Below are positions 18,890 through 28,413 of a stretch of 50,380 nt of DNA, one piece after another. The stretch is from Myxococcales bacterium (lineage in GTDB: Bacteria; Myxococcota_A; UBA9042; JABWCM01; BTVJ01): assembly GCA_045863395.1 (NCBI GenBank), contig BTVJ01000051.1:1-50380 (forward strand), read 5' to 3'. Below the pieces are notes generated by a model. That model saw only the letters and a program-made list of their open reading frames with translations. It searched no databases and was not told the origin of the DNA. Each line of letters opens with the position of its first letter. The first letter of the stretch is position 1. A program made the position numbers and the translations under genes.

Positions 18890-20095
18890 TCACCTTACCA
18901 CCACCACCCCGTTTACGTCGCCGAAGCCGCTCTCGACCCGATGCTCGACGCCCTCCGGCGCCTCGACGCGCTCGCCGTCGACCAGGAACGCAAACTCCCA
19001 CGCGCCCGGGGGGACGGGTACCGTCGCGACCCAGAGCCCGTCGGACTCGGGCTCCATGGGGGCAACGCCGGGGTCCCAGCCATTGAAGTCCCCCACCACG
19101 GACACCCTCACGGCGTGAGGGGCCCTGTGGAGGAAGCGCACGCCCCCAGGCACCACGCGAGGCGCGAGCCCCTCCGGCGGCTGGGCCGTCCCGAGGGCGA
19201 GCTCCATCCGCAGCGGCACCATGTCCGCTGTCGCGCCGCCCCAGCGGAGGCCCACCCCGGCCCCGAGCGCGTGGGAGACGAAGCGCCTGCCTGCGTCGCC
19301 CGCGTCGTTGACGGCCAGATCCCATCGCGCCCACACCGTGAGCCACTCCGTCGTGGCGACCTCTGCCTCCAGGCGGTTTCCGTGCAGGAGCTCTGGCGCG
19401 TCGGTCCCTTCGAAGGTGCGCGCGTAGAGGAGGTACAGCTCACGAACGCGGACCCGCGCATGGGGGCTCAACACCGCGCCCACCAGCAGCCGGTGCCCGA
19501 ACAGATCGTACCCATCGACGTCGGCCTCCCGGGGCCCGACCTGGTAGCCCGCCAGGAACGCCAGCCATGGCGCCACGCTCTGGAAGAGCTGCATGCGTGG
19601 CAGGTGAGAGACCTCCTGGCGCACCGGGGACGCGTCCATCCAGGTCCGCGCGTGGGCCCTGTAGGCGATCTCCACCTCGCCGCTCCCCCACGCCGCGGCC
19701 AGCGCGGCCTCTCCAAACCCCGCGGCCGCGTGCCCCCCCAGCCCCTCCGTTGCCCACTGGTGGTCGAAGCCGGCGGTCACCTCGACGCGAAGCCAGTCGG
19801 TGGCCCACCAGTGGAGACCCACGTCGCCGGCATGGACGGCGACGGCACCGCGCGCCGCGTCGAGGTAGCCTCGCAGCGTCCCGGTCCAATCCGCGGCGAT
19901 GCGCAGGCCCGGCGCGACCACGACCGTGAGCCCCGCAGACGGAGCGACCTCCAGGTACCCATCCGCGGTGGGGTCATCCGCATCGTAGAGCACGTTGCTC
20001 TCCCAGCCGGAGCCAACCTCCAGGCCGAGGCCCCCGCGAATGGGCGCAGCGTGCGCGGAGGACAGGGCGCCGACCAGCGCGATGACGGAGGGCAT
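18890..20095 (-). CDS. secreted protein with C-terminal CBM48/AMPK-beta-like glycan-binding domain
   Basis: Candidate start MPSVIALVGALSSAHAAP carries a signal peptide. The central region is beta-rich. The C-terminus (VRVSVVGDFNGWDPGVAPMEPESDGLWVATVPVPPGAWEFAFLVDGERVEAPEG) matches the AMPK1_CBM / CBM48 consensus (GSFNNW…YKFxVDGxW). The GTG alternative at 20164 cannot be excluded. Confidence 0.55.
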   Translation of the reverse strand: MPSVIALVGALSSAHAAPIRGGLGLEVGSGWESNVLYDADDPTADGYLEVAPSAGLTVVVAPGLRIAADWTGTLRGYLDAARGAVAVHAGDVGLHWWATDWLRVEVTAGFDHQWATEGLGGHAAAGFGEAALAAAWGSGEVEIAYRAHARTWMDASPVRQEVSHLPRMQLFQSVAPWLAFLAGYQVGPREADVDGYDLFGHRLLVGAVLSPHARVRVRELYLLYARTFEGTDAPELLHGNRLEAEVATTEWLTVWARWDLAVNDAGDAGRRFVSHALGAGVGLRWGGATADMVPLRMELALGTAQPPEGLAPRVVPGGVRFLHRAPHAVRVSVVGDFNGWDPGVAPMEPESDGLWVATVPVPPGAWEFAFLVDGERVEAPEGVEHRVESGFGDVNGVVVVR

Positions 20096-20178
20096 GCAGC
20101 GATAGGGGGACAGCCGAGCCTCCGGAGACGTTCCGACCTGGTGGCGGGGGCTGCTCAGAGCCACCCGCTCACTAGATG

Positions 20179-20889
20179 TCAGAGATCCGTCAACTGGGCC
20201 AGCTCAATCAAGGCGTTTCGGTTGCCGAAGCCGTCGTCGCGGTAGCGACCGGCCAGCGGATCCGGCACGAAGCGCTGGCCATCGACCACGAACACGTACT
20301 CGTGCGTGCCCGACGGGATGCGCAACGTCGCGGTGAAGGCGGCGGCGCTCTCGGCGCGCGACATCGGGGCGGGCTCCCAGCCGTTGAAGTCGCCGGCGAC
20401 CGCGACGGTGCTCGCGTCGGGGGCGGCGTAGACGAAGCGGACCAGCACGGCGTCGTCGCAGGCCGGGTGCGCCGCAGGTTCCGTCGCGGTGGGCCCAGCG
20501 GCGACCGCCCCGGACTCCCCGCCCGCCGTCGGAGCGTCCTGCGGGGGCGCTGCCGCCCCACGCCCGAGCGCATAGCCGAGGGCGAGGAGCAGGCCGGCGG
20601 CCAGCGCCCAGGTCGGGGCCGGGAGCTCCAGGCGACGCCCGAACCACCGCGCCACCCGGCGCCACCCGCGTGCCTCCCGCTGCGCGAGCCGGGCCATGAC
20701 CGCGTCGTGCAGCGCGCCTGGCGCCCGCAGCGTCGCCAGCACGGCCAGGTCCTCGGTCAGTGCCTGCTCCGCCACGATGCGCGCGCCGAGAGCGGGGTCT
20801 TGGGCAGCGCGCCGCTCCAACACGGCGCGCTCGGCCTCCGTCAGCTCGCCGCTGATCAGTCGCTCGATGAGCAGCTCGTCACGGTCCAT
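20179..20889 (-). CDS. anti-sigma factor (single-pass) with C-terminal CBM48/AMPK-beta-like domain
   Basis: The N-terminal anti-sigma-like helix (LISGELTEAERAVLERR) is followed by a TM helix (WALAAGLLLALGYAL) and a periplasmic CBM48-like domain (VAVAGDFNGWEPAPMSR…THEYVFVVDGQRFVPDP). The start overlaps the sigma gene stop by 11 nt. RBS GGAGGT. Confidence 0.65.
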   Translation of the reverse strand: MDRDELLIERLISGELTEAERAVLERRAAQDPALGARIVAEQALTEDLAVLATLRAPGALHDAVMARLAQREARGWRRVARWFGRRLELPAPTWALAAGLLLALGYALGRGAAAPPQDAPTAGGESGAVAAGPTATEPAAHPACDDAVLVRFVYAAPDASTVAVAGDFNGWEPAPMSRAESAAAFTATLRIPSGTHEYVFVVDGQRFVPDPLAGRYRDDGFGNRNALIELAQLTDL

Positions 20890-21499
20890 GGTACCTCCGT
20901 CGCGTCTCGCTGGCCTCCGCGGCCTCCAGCGTCAGGCGAAGCTGCTCACGGGCGCGCACCACGCGGATCTTCAACGTGGTGATGGGCAGGCCCGTGATCG
21001 TGTGCATCTCCTCGTAGCTCAACCCCTCCACGCACTTCATGAGGAGGGGCTCCCGGTAGTCGTCCCGCAGCTCAGCGACGGCCGCCCTGACACGGTCCAG
21101 GTGCTGCGTCCGCTCCAGGGTGTGGTCTGGGCGATCCGCAGGGTCGCCCGCCACCTCGTCGTCGGGCGGCGGCTCCCCCGGGTGCCTGTGCCTCCCCTCC
21201 ACGCGCTTCCGCTTGAAGTGATCCTTGCACAGGTTCACGAGGATGCGAAGGAGCCAGGGCCTGACGGGGAGCGCCGAGTCGAAGCGGCCAAGCGAGCCCA
21301 GGAAGCGGATGAGGGCCTCCTGCACGAGCTCGCTCGCCACCTCCTCGGACCCCGTGTAGTACACGGCGAACCGATACAGCGCGTCCTGGTGGGCACGAAC
21401 CAGACGGGAAAACGCCGCGGTGTCGCCGCGCTGGGCGGCCTCGATCAGCTCTTGTTCCAACGTCCCTCGGGGCGAACGGCACACGCCGACTATGCTCAT
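20879..21499 (-). CDS. ECF-type RNA polymerase sigma factor
   Basis: Sigma-70 region 2 (AAFSRLVRAHQDALYRFAVYYTG…ELVQEALIRFL) and region 4 (EPLLMKCVEGLSYEEMHTITGLPITTLKIRVVRAREQL) are present. ATG at 21499 gives start MSIVGVCRSP. The upstream part of the listed ORF is likely non-coding. Confidence 0.8.
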   Translation of the reverse strand: MSIVGVCRSPRGTLEQELIEAAQRGDTAAFSRLVRAHQDALYRFAVYYTGSEEVASELVQEALIRFLGSLGRFDSALPVRPWLLRILVNLCKDHFKRKRVEGRHRHPGEPPPDDEVAGDPADRPDHTLERTQHLDRVRAAVAELRDDYREPLLMKCVEGLSYEEMHTITGLPITTLKIRVVRAREQLRLTLEAAEASETRRRYHGP

Positions 21500-21603
21500 C
21501 TTACGACGCCCGAACGCCAAGGATACGACGGCGCGACGGGAGCGCGCGGGTAGCGGCGAGCGCCCTGGCTCTGGTACGCTCACCGCCAACGACGGAGGGA
21601 CCG

Positions 21604-24600
21604 ATGAGAAGAGCGCTTCTGGCTCTCGTGCTGCTCCTGTGGGGCTGTGGCGACGACGCGATCCAGCGAGGCGGCGACGCCGGCGACGTCGGCGGCATCG
21701 GGGGCATCGATGGGGTCAGCGGGGGCGGCGACGTGGAGGCGCCCGACGCCGCAGGTGGCGAGGGCAGCGGGGACATCGACGCCGTCGCCGACGTCGGGCC
21801 AGTGGCTGACACCCAGGACGGACCGGCCACCGGCGAGCCCGGGTACCCGTGCAAGAGCGGGAGCGACTGCTACAGCGGGTGGTGCGTCCAGGGGCCGGAC
21901 GGCGGGGAGTGCGCCGCCCCGTGCGCGGGCAACGACTCCTGTCCCACCGGCTGGATGTGCTCCCAGGTCGCGACCCACCCGGATCTGACCTTCGTCTGCG
22001 TCTACACCATGCCGAACCTGTGCCGCCCGTGTGCGACGGACGGGGACTGTGCGGCCCTCTTCGGCGAGGATCCGGGCGTCTGCGTGAGCGCGGGCGAGCA
22101 GGAGGGGAGCTACTGCTCCTATCCGTGCAAGGCGGACCAGACCTGCCCCACAGGGTACGGCTGTGGCGCCCCGGGCGGCGCCCAGCGGTGCTGGCCGGAG
22201 GGCGCCTGCGCCTGCACGCCCTCGTGGGAGGGCCTCTCGACCCCGTGCGCCGCGACGAGCGATGCGGGGACCTGCTCCGGGCAGCGCACCTGCTCGGGCG
22301 GCGCCTACACGGAGTGCTCGGCACCGGTCGCGGCCGAGGAGACCTGCAACGGTGCGGACGACGACTGCGACGGCCAGGTGGACGAGGGCGTCGGAGGGGG
22401 CTCCTGCGACCTGAGCAACGAGCACGGCGCGTGCCCCGGTGCAGAGACCTGCGAAGGGGGTGCGCTGCTGTGCGTCGGGGTGCCCCCGGCGGCGGAGAAG
22501 TGCGACGGCGCCGACCAGAACTGCGACGGCGTGGCCGACGAGGGCTACCCCGACCAGGACGAGGACGGCGTCGCCGACTGCGTGGACGACGACCTGGACG
22601 GCGACGGCGTCGCCAACGGGGTGGACAACTGCCCGGCCGTGGCCAATGGAGAGCAGGCGGACCTGGACCTGGACGGCAAGGGAGACCCCTGCGACCCGGA
22701 CGCAGACGGCGACCTGGCGGCCAACGAAGGGGACTGTGCCCCGCTCGACTCCAAGATCTTCCCGGGGGCCCCCGAGGCGTGCAACGGGGTGGACGATGAC
22801 TGCGACGCAGCCGTCGACGAGGGCTTCCCGGACCTGGACGGTGACGGCGTGGCCGACTGCGTGGACGCGGACAAGGACGGCGACGAGGTCCCCGACATCG
22901 ACGACAACTGCCCGCTGATCGCGAACCCCGGCCAGGAGGACCAGGACGAGGACGGCAAGGGCGACGCCTGCGACGGCGACTCCGACGGAGACGGCGACCC
23001 GGATTTGACCGACTGCGCGCCCCTCGACCCGGCCATCCACCACGGTGCACCGGAGGTGTGCGACGGGGTGGACCAGAACTGCAACGCCATCGCCGACGAG
23101 GGCTTCCCGGACACGGACAAGGACGGCCTCGCCGACTGCGTGGACCCGGACGACGACGGCGACGGGGTCGAGGACGCGCTGGACTGCGCGCCGGTCGACC
23201 CGCTGATCCCTGCGGCGACCGAGAGCTGCAACGGCAAGGACGACGACTGCAACGGGCAGGTGGACGAGGGCTTCACCGACACCGACGGCGACGGCGTCGC
23301 GGACTGCGTGGACACGGACGACGACGGCGACGGGGTCGCGGACCCGCAAGACAACTGCCCCCTCGTCTCGAACCCGGGACAGGAGGACCAGGACAAGGAC
23401 GGCAAGGGCGACGCCTGCGACGGCGACTGGGACGGCGACAAGGACCCGAATGAGACCGACTGCGCGCCGCTGGACGGCAAGATCCACCACGAGGCCCTGG
23501 AGAGCTGCAACGGGGTGGACGACGACTGCGACGGTGTGACCGACGAGGGCTACAGCGACCTGGACGCGGACGGGGTGGCGGACTGCATGGACGACGACGA
23601 CGACGGGGACGGGGTCGTCGACTCGCAGGACAACTGTCCGGTGACCTTCAACGCGGACCAGGCGGACCTGGACGGAGACGGCAAGGGGGACGCCTGCGAG
23701 AACGACAAGGACGGCGACGGAGACCCGGATCTGACCGACTGCGCGCCGCTCGACCCTCTGGTGCACCACGGCGCCCAGGAGCTGTGTGACGGCGTGGACC
23801 AGAACTGCAACGCCATCGCCGACGAGGGCTTCGCGGACACGGACAAGGACGGCGTCGCAGACTGCGTCGATGGGGACGACGACGGGGACACGATCCCCGA
23901 CGGCGAGGACAACTGCCCCCTGGCAGCGAACAAGCCGCAGAAGGACACGGACGGAGACGGCCTCGGAGACGCCTGCGACCCGGACGACGACGACGACGGC
24001 GAGCCCGACGAGAGTGACTGCGGGCCGCTGGACTTGGCGGTCTACCCCGGGGCGCCGGAGGTCTGCAACGGCAAGGACGACGACTGCGACGGGCAGACCG
24101 ACGAGCAGGACGCCAGCGGCTGCACGGTCTACTTCTACAACAAGGACGGCGACGGCTATGGCATCGACCTTCTGACGCGGTGCCTGTGCGTCCCCGAGGC
24201 GCCGTTCACGGCGCTGGTGGACGGAGACTGCAACGACCAGAACGCCCAGGTGTTCCCGGACGCCACCGAGGTCTGCAACGGCAAGGACGACGACTGCGAC
24301 GAGGAGGTCGACGAGGTGGGCGCCCTCGGCTGCACCCTCCACTGGCAGGACTCCGACCTGGACTCCTGGGGTGGCCCTGCGACGGCGTGCCTGTGTGTGA
24401 TCAAGCCCGGCTGGGCCCAGAAGGGCGGAGATTGCGACGACACGTTGCCGCTCGTGAACCCGACGGCCATGGAGGCCTGCAACGGCATCGACGACGACTG
24501 CGATGGGCTGGTGGACGAGATCGGCGCCAACGGCTGCGACAAGCTCTACGCCGACAAGGACCAGGACGGGTTCGGCCTGACCGCCGACAACAAGTGCTTG

Positions 24601-26832
24601 TGCGAGCCAGCGGCGCCCTACACGGCGGCCTCCGACGGAGACTGCAACGATGGAGACGGGTCGATCTACCCCGGCGCACTGGAGGTCTGCGACGACAAGG
24701 ACAACAACTGCAACGGCCAGATCGACGAGGGCGCGAAGTCGACGTTCTACATCGACAACGACCAGGACGGCTTCGGGGCCGGGTTCAACTCCAAGGAGGC
24801 CTGTGCGGCGCCGCCCGGCTACGTGGCCAGCGGTGGAGACTGCAACGACTTCAACGGAGCGATCAACCCGGGGGCGCCCGAGCAGTGCAACGGGATCGAC
24901 GACAACTGCAATGGGCTCGCCGACGAGGGCCTGCCGCTCGTCAACGTGTGGGTCGACATCGACGGAGACGGCTTCGGAGCCAAGGGCACCGCGGGCAAGA
25001 AGGTGTGTCTGCTCGACGAGGACGGGGACGGCCTCGGTGAGACTGCCCCACCCGGGTGGGCGCTGGTCGGTGACGACTGCGACGACAGCCAGGCGACGGT
25101 CTACCCTGGCGCCCCGGAGCTGTGCGACGGCAAGCTCAACGACTGCGGCGCGCCGGTCCAGGACTTCCAGTGCCCGCAGAGCTGCGGCGGAGCCTGGCCC
25201 TTCTCGGCGGGGGTGACCAGCGGGTACGTCACCGTCGCGCAGATGGACACGGGCAACACGCTGGAGGTGGTGGTCCAGGGCGCGGGGAAGGTCACGGTCC
25301 TCAATCACGACGGCACGGTCAAGTGGACCGCGGCGGCCAGCGTCCAGTACTCCCACCCGGTCCTCGCCGACATGAACCTGGACGGGACCATGGACGTGGT
25401 GCTCGTCGAGAACAACCTGATGCGGGTGCTGGACGGAGCGACGGGCGCGGTCCTGGAGACCCACGCGACCCCAGGCGGCAGCGGGTGGCGCCAGGGTATC
25501 GCCTTCGACCTCGACAACGACGGGATCACGGACATCGCGGGCATCGCTGGGAGCCCGGCGAGCGGAATGCCCGTCGTGCTTCGGAACGGGACAGGCGGCG
25601 CCAAGAGCATCCTGTGGCTGAAGGCCCCCGCCGGCGCCTACATCGACGCGGGCGTGCCCGCCATCGTGGATCTGAGCGGCGACGGCATCGCGGAGGTCCT
25701 GGTGGGGACGGGCTACTCGACCTGCAACAGCCCCACGGCGCCCGCCTGCAACGGGATGCTGCTCGCGTTCAGCGGCGCCACTGGAGCCCTTGCAGCCGAT
25801 CCCCTCGCGGCCTTCCTGGTGCCCGACCCACCGAACACCTACACGGGAGGGCCGGCGCCGCTGATCGCGGACCTGGACGCGGACGGACAGCCGGAGGTCT
25901 TCCACTGGTTCTCCAGCAAGCTGGGCGGCGGCGCGCCCATGGTGTGGGACCTCGACGGGGTGGCGGTCTCGCCCGCGACGCCCATCGCCAGCTCGGCGCC
26001 CCTGCTCGCGCCCATCGACGCCGCTGGGAAGCTCGTGGCCGACGGCACCCTGCTCGACGTAGGAGGCGCGGCCGTGGACCTGGACGGCGACGGCATCTAC
26101 GAGGTGGTGAAGGCGGTGCCTGCGGGCTGGGGAGTCTACAAGGCGGGGCAGCCCATGGACGGATACCCCGTCACGGTCAAGATCAACGCGCCCCTGGTGG
26201 CCGACATCAACCGGGACGGGCGCCTCGACGTCATCGGCATCGGCGCCGACAGCACCGCGGTCTACTGCTCGACGCTGGGGGAGGGGACCTACGACTTCAA
26301 GCGCGTCCTGACCAACGGGGCCAGCGACACGATGGCCGCGGCGGTCTACCGCACGGGCAACGTGGACCCCTTCGAGCCCAACGACATCCCCGGCCTCACG
26401 TTCGACCCGGCGGCGGTGACGGACCCCGTCAAGGACACGCGCGCGTTCCCGCTGCGCGGGTTCCTCGACAAGTACAGCTCATCCAGCGGCTGGAGCCGGA
26501 GCCTGGTGGCGAAGATCGGCCACGAGGGAGACCGTGACTTCTACTGGGCAACGGGCACCTACATCAACGCCTCGGTGGACCTGGGCCCCGGGGCGGGTGA
26601 CTACGACCTGTACGTGCACATGTACAAGAAGGTCGGGGCGGCCTGGCAGTACATCACCACGCGCAGCGCCACGGGGCCGGGCGGAGACACCGTGGACTGC
26701 CACTGGTCAGAGCCCTGCCCCGACGCGGCCAACGGCGGCACCAAGACCTTCCTGCTGGAGGTCCGGCCCAAGAGCCCGACGACCTGGGGCCCCTGGCCCT
26801 ACCGGCTGCGCATCAACTATGGGGCGCAGTAG
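21604..26832 (+). CDS. giant (1742 aa) secreted lipoprotein with Cys-rich module, MopE-type metal-binding motifs, thrombospondin type-3 repeats, FG-GAP repeats and a C-terminal PPC domain
   Basis: RBS GGAGGGA. Lipobox (LLLWGCGDD). The Cys-rich N-terminal module is paralogous to that of CDS 40263..42967. CNGxDDDCDGxxDEG motifs (MopE-like) recur. TSP3 repeats are present (DQDEDGVADCVDDDLDGDGV…DNCPxxxNxxQxDxDxDGKGDACD, repeated). FG-GAP-like repeats are present (DLDNDGITDIAG, DLSGDGIAEVLVG, DINRDGRLDVIGIG). The C-terminal pre-peptidase PPC-like beta domain is (GDRDFYWATGTY…GDYDLYVHMY). Confidence 0.8.
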   Translation: MRRALLALVLLLWGCGDDAIQRGGDAGDVGGIGGIDGVSGGGDVEAPDAAGGEGSGDIDAVADVGPVADTQDGPATGEPGYPCKSGSDCYSGWCVQGPDGGECAAPCAGNDSCPTGWMCSQVATHPDLTFVCVYTMPNLCRPCATDGDCAALFGEDPGVCVSAGEQEGSYCSYPCKADQTCPTGYGCGAPGGAQRCWPEGACACTPSWEGLSTPCAATSDAGTCSGQRTCSGGAYTECSAPVAAEETCNGADDDCDGQVDEGVGGGSCDLSNEHGACPGAETCEGGALLCVGVPPAAEKCDGADQNCDGVADEGYPDQDEDGVADCVDDDLDGDGVANGVDNCPAVANGEQADLDLDGKGDPCDPDADGDLAANEGDCAPLDSKIFPGAPEACNGVDDDCDAAVDEGFPDLDGDGVADCVDADKDGDEVPDIDDNCPLIANPGQEDQDEDGKGDACDGDSDGDGDPDLTDCAPLDPAIHHGAPEVCDGVDQNCNAIADEGFPDTDKDGLADCVDPDDDGDGVEDALDCAPVDPLIPAATESCNGKDDDCNGQVDEGFTDTDGDGVADCVDTDDDGDGVADPQDNCPLVSNPGQEDQDKDGKGDACDGDWDGDKDPNETDCAPLDGKIHHEALESCNGVDDDCDGVTDEGYSDLDADGVADCMDDDDDGDGVVDSQDNCPVTFNADQADLDGDGKGDACENDKDGDGDPDLTDCAPLDPLVHHGAQELCDGVDQNCNAIADEGFADTDKDGVADCVDGDDDGDTIPDGEDNCPLAANKPQKDTDGDGLGDACDPDDDDDGEPDESDCGPLDLAVYPGAPEVCNGKDDDCDGQTDEQDASGCTVYFYNKDGDGYGIDLLTRCLCVPEAPFTALVDGDCNDQNAQVFPDATEVCNGKDDDCDEEVDEVGALGCTLHWQDSDLDSWGGPATACLCVIKPGWAQKGGDCDDTLPLVNPTAMEACNGIDDDCDGLVDEIGANGCDKLYADKDQDGFGLTADNKCLCEPAAPYTAASDGDCNDGDGSIYPGALEVCDDKDNNCNGQIDEGAKSTFYIDNDQDGFGAGFNSKEACAAPPGYVASGGDCNDFNGAINPGAPEQCNGIDDNCNGLADEGLPLVNVWVDIDGDGFGAKGTAGKKVCLLDEDGDGLGETAPPGWALVGDDCDDSQATVYPGAPELCDGKLNDCGAPVQDFQCPQSCGGAWPFSAGVTSGYVTVAQMDTGNTLEVVVQGAGKVTVLNHDGTVKWTAAASVQYSHPVLADMNLDGTMDVVLVENNLMRVLDGATGAVLETHATPGGSGWRQGIAFDLDNDGITDIAGIAGSPASGMPVVLRNGTGGAKSILWLKAPAGAYIDAGVPAIVDLSGDGIAEVLVGTGYSTCNSPTAPACNGMLLAFSGATGALAADPLAAFLVPDPPNTYTGGPAPLIADLDADGQPEVFHWFSSKLGGGAPMVWDLDGVAVSPATPIASSAPLLAPIDAAGKLVADGTLLDVGGAAVDLDGDGIYEVVKAVPAGWGVYKAGQPMDGYPVTVKINAPLVADINRDGRLDVIGIGADSTAVYCSTLGEGTYDFKRVLTNGASDTMAAAVYRTGNVDPFEPNDIPGLTFDPAAVTDPVKDTRAFPLRGFLDKYSSSSGWSRSLVAKIGHEGDRDFYWATGTYINASVDLGPGAGDYDLYVHMYKKVGAAWQYITTRSATGPGGDTVDCHWSEPCPDAANGGTKTFLLEVRPKSPTTWGPWPYRLRINYGAQ

Positions 26833-26966
26833 CACGCACCAAGCACAACGAGCGCCCTCAGGTACCCACGAGGAGAACTTCCCCCTCAAGGTCGCCCCCA
26901 CCCCTGCCGAAACTTCCCTCGTGTTTCCAACCGCCGCGACGCGGCCACACACTCGAGGGAAGACCA

Positions 26967-28208
26967 ATGCGACCCACACTGTTCGGCACCGCGCTCCTCG
27001 CCGCCACCCTGCTCGCCGCCTGCGAGCCCGGCATGGAAGAAGCTCCGGAGCTCGCGAGCCTCGAGGGTGAGGCCCGCATCGACGCCTGCCCCAATGGAGA
27101 GTGCGGGCTCATCGGCGCCGCCTGCCCCCACAACGGGGACTGCGGCGCCGGCCTGGCGTGCCAGGCTGCCTCGGGGACCTGCAAGCGCGCAGGGACGACC
27201 GGCACCGCGTGCGCAGCAAAGGGCGACTGCACGGCGGGCCACACCTGCGACATCATGTTCGGCATCTGCCGCCTGGACGTCGCCGCCCCTGCATGGCCGC
27301 GCATCGGCCACATGGCCCTCGACGACGAGCTCGGGCCCTGCTCCGAGAGCCTCGACCTCACCGGGGACGGCGTGATCGACATGATCTCGACCTTCTCCTA
27401 CGGCCCCACGGGTGACGTCATCGAGGCCAAGGAGATGATGGGGAGCTGCGCCCTGACGGACGCGAAGCTCATCGTGGCCAAGGAGAACCTGACCTGCACC
27501 CCCCCGGACGGGACCGTCACCGGGCGCACGGTCTGGGAGCGGGATGGGCTGGGGCGCGTCCGCACCATCGACAAGGACATGGACGGGGACGGGTCCTTCG
27601 AAAGCCGCAGCACCTACGTGTACGACGCCAACGGCACCTTGCACGAGGCGCGCCACGACCTGGGCCTGGACGGCACCGTGGATGCCATCACCAAGTGGAC
27701 CTGGAGCGCGGGCCAGCTGACCTCGACACAGCTCGACACCAACGGCGACGGCAAGGCGGAGCGAATCATCTCCTACATCTGGAGCGCAAACGGCTACCTG
27801 CTCGCGGAGATCGACGACACCGACGCGAACGGGCTCCTGGACGCGACCACAATCTACGAGTATGACGCGGGCGGCCTGCCCACGATGCGAGAGTGGGACG
27901 GCTACGGACCCTGGACGCTGACCAACGCCATGTGCGGGACTGGAGTCTATACCAAGGGCGCCGACGGGCAGCTCGACAAGCGGCACCGCTGGTCGTGGGG
28001 GTCGGACGGGCAGTTCCAGGGTGAGAAGACCATCTGGTTCCTCGTGAACAAGGGCTTCAGCGGGTCCTTCGTCATCCGGGACGACGCGGATCGGGTCACC
28101 GAGGTGGTCCGCCAGTCCCTCGAGGCGGTGGACTTCGTGGGCCGCTGCAAGAACCCGCTGATGGGCATCACCCAGCGCACCTGGTCTTACGACTGGTCCT
28201 GCAAGTAG
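26967..28208 (+). CDS. hypothetical lipoprotein
   Basis: Lipobox (LLAATLLAACEP). A Cys-rich N-terminal segment is followed by a D/G/T-rich beta-type region. No specific family recognised. Confidence 0.55.
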   Translation: MRPTLFGTALLAATLLAACEPGMEEAPELASLEGEARIDACPNGECGLIGAACPHNGDCGAGLACQAASGTCKRAGTTGTACAAKGDCTAGHTCDIMFGICRLDVAAPAWPRIGHMALDDELGPCSESLDLTGDGVIDMISTFSYGPTGDVIEAKEMMGSCALTDAKLIVAKENLTCTPPDGTVTGRTVWERDGLGRVRTIDKDMDGDGSFESRSTYVYDANGTLHEARHDLGLDGTVDAITKWTWSAGQLTSTQLDTNGDGKAERIISYIWSANGYLLAEIDDTDANGLLDATTIYEYDAGGLPTMREWDGYGPWTLTNAMCGTGVYTKGADGQLDKRHRWSWGSDGQFQGEKTIWFLVNKGFSGSFVIRDDADRVTEVVRQSLEAVDFVGRCKNPLMGITQRTWSYDWSCK

Positions 28209-28413
28209 CACCGCCGGTCCAAGGCCACCGCCCGCCCTGCCCTCTCCCGCGCCCGCCGCTTCCCCTGGCTCCTCCCCTCGCAGAGTCTGACTGCGCCGCT
28301 CCTCTCTGCGCTCGCTCCCGCGTCCGCCGCTTCATTTGGTTCTTCCCCTGCCGGACTTCTGCTATTCTCGGGCTGCGGTCCACGCGACGACCGCCCCTCC
28401 GCGGAGATCACCC

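Noticed and set aside
21580-25905. 1441-aa minus-strand ORF antisense to the 1742-aa TSP3 lipoprotein gene
   Set aside because: It is a shadow ORF with a V/A/G/R-rich low-complexity product. The plus strand has a lipobox, TSP3, FG-GAP and PPC signatures.
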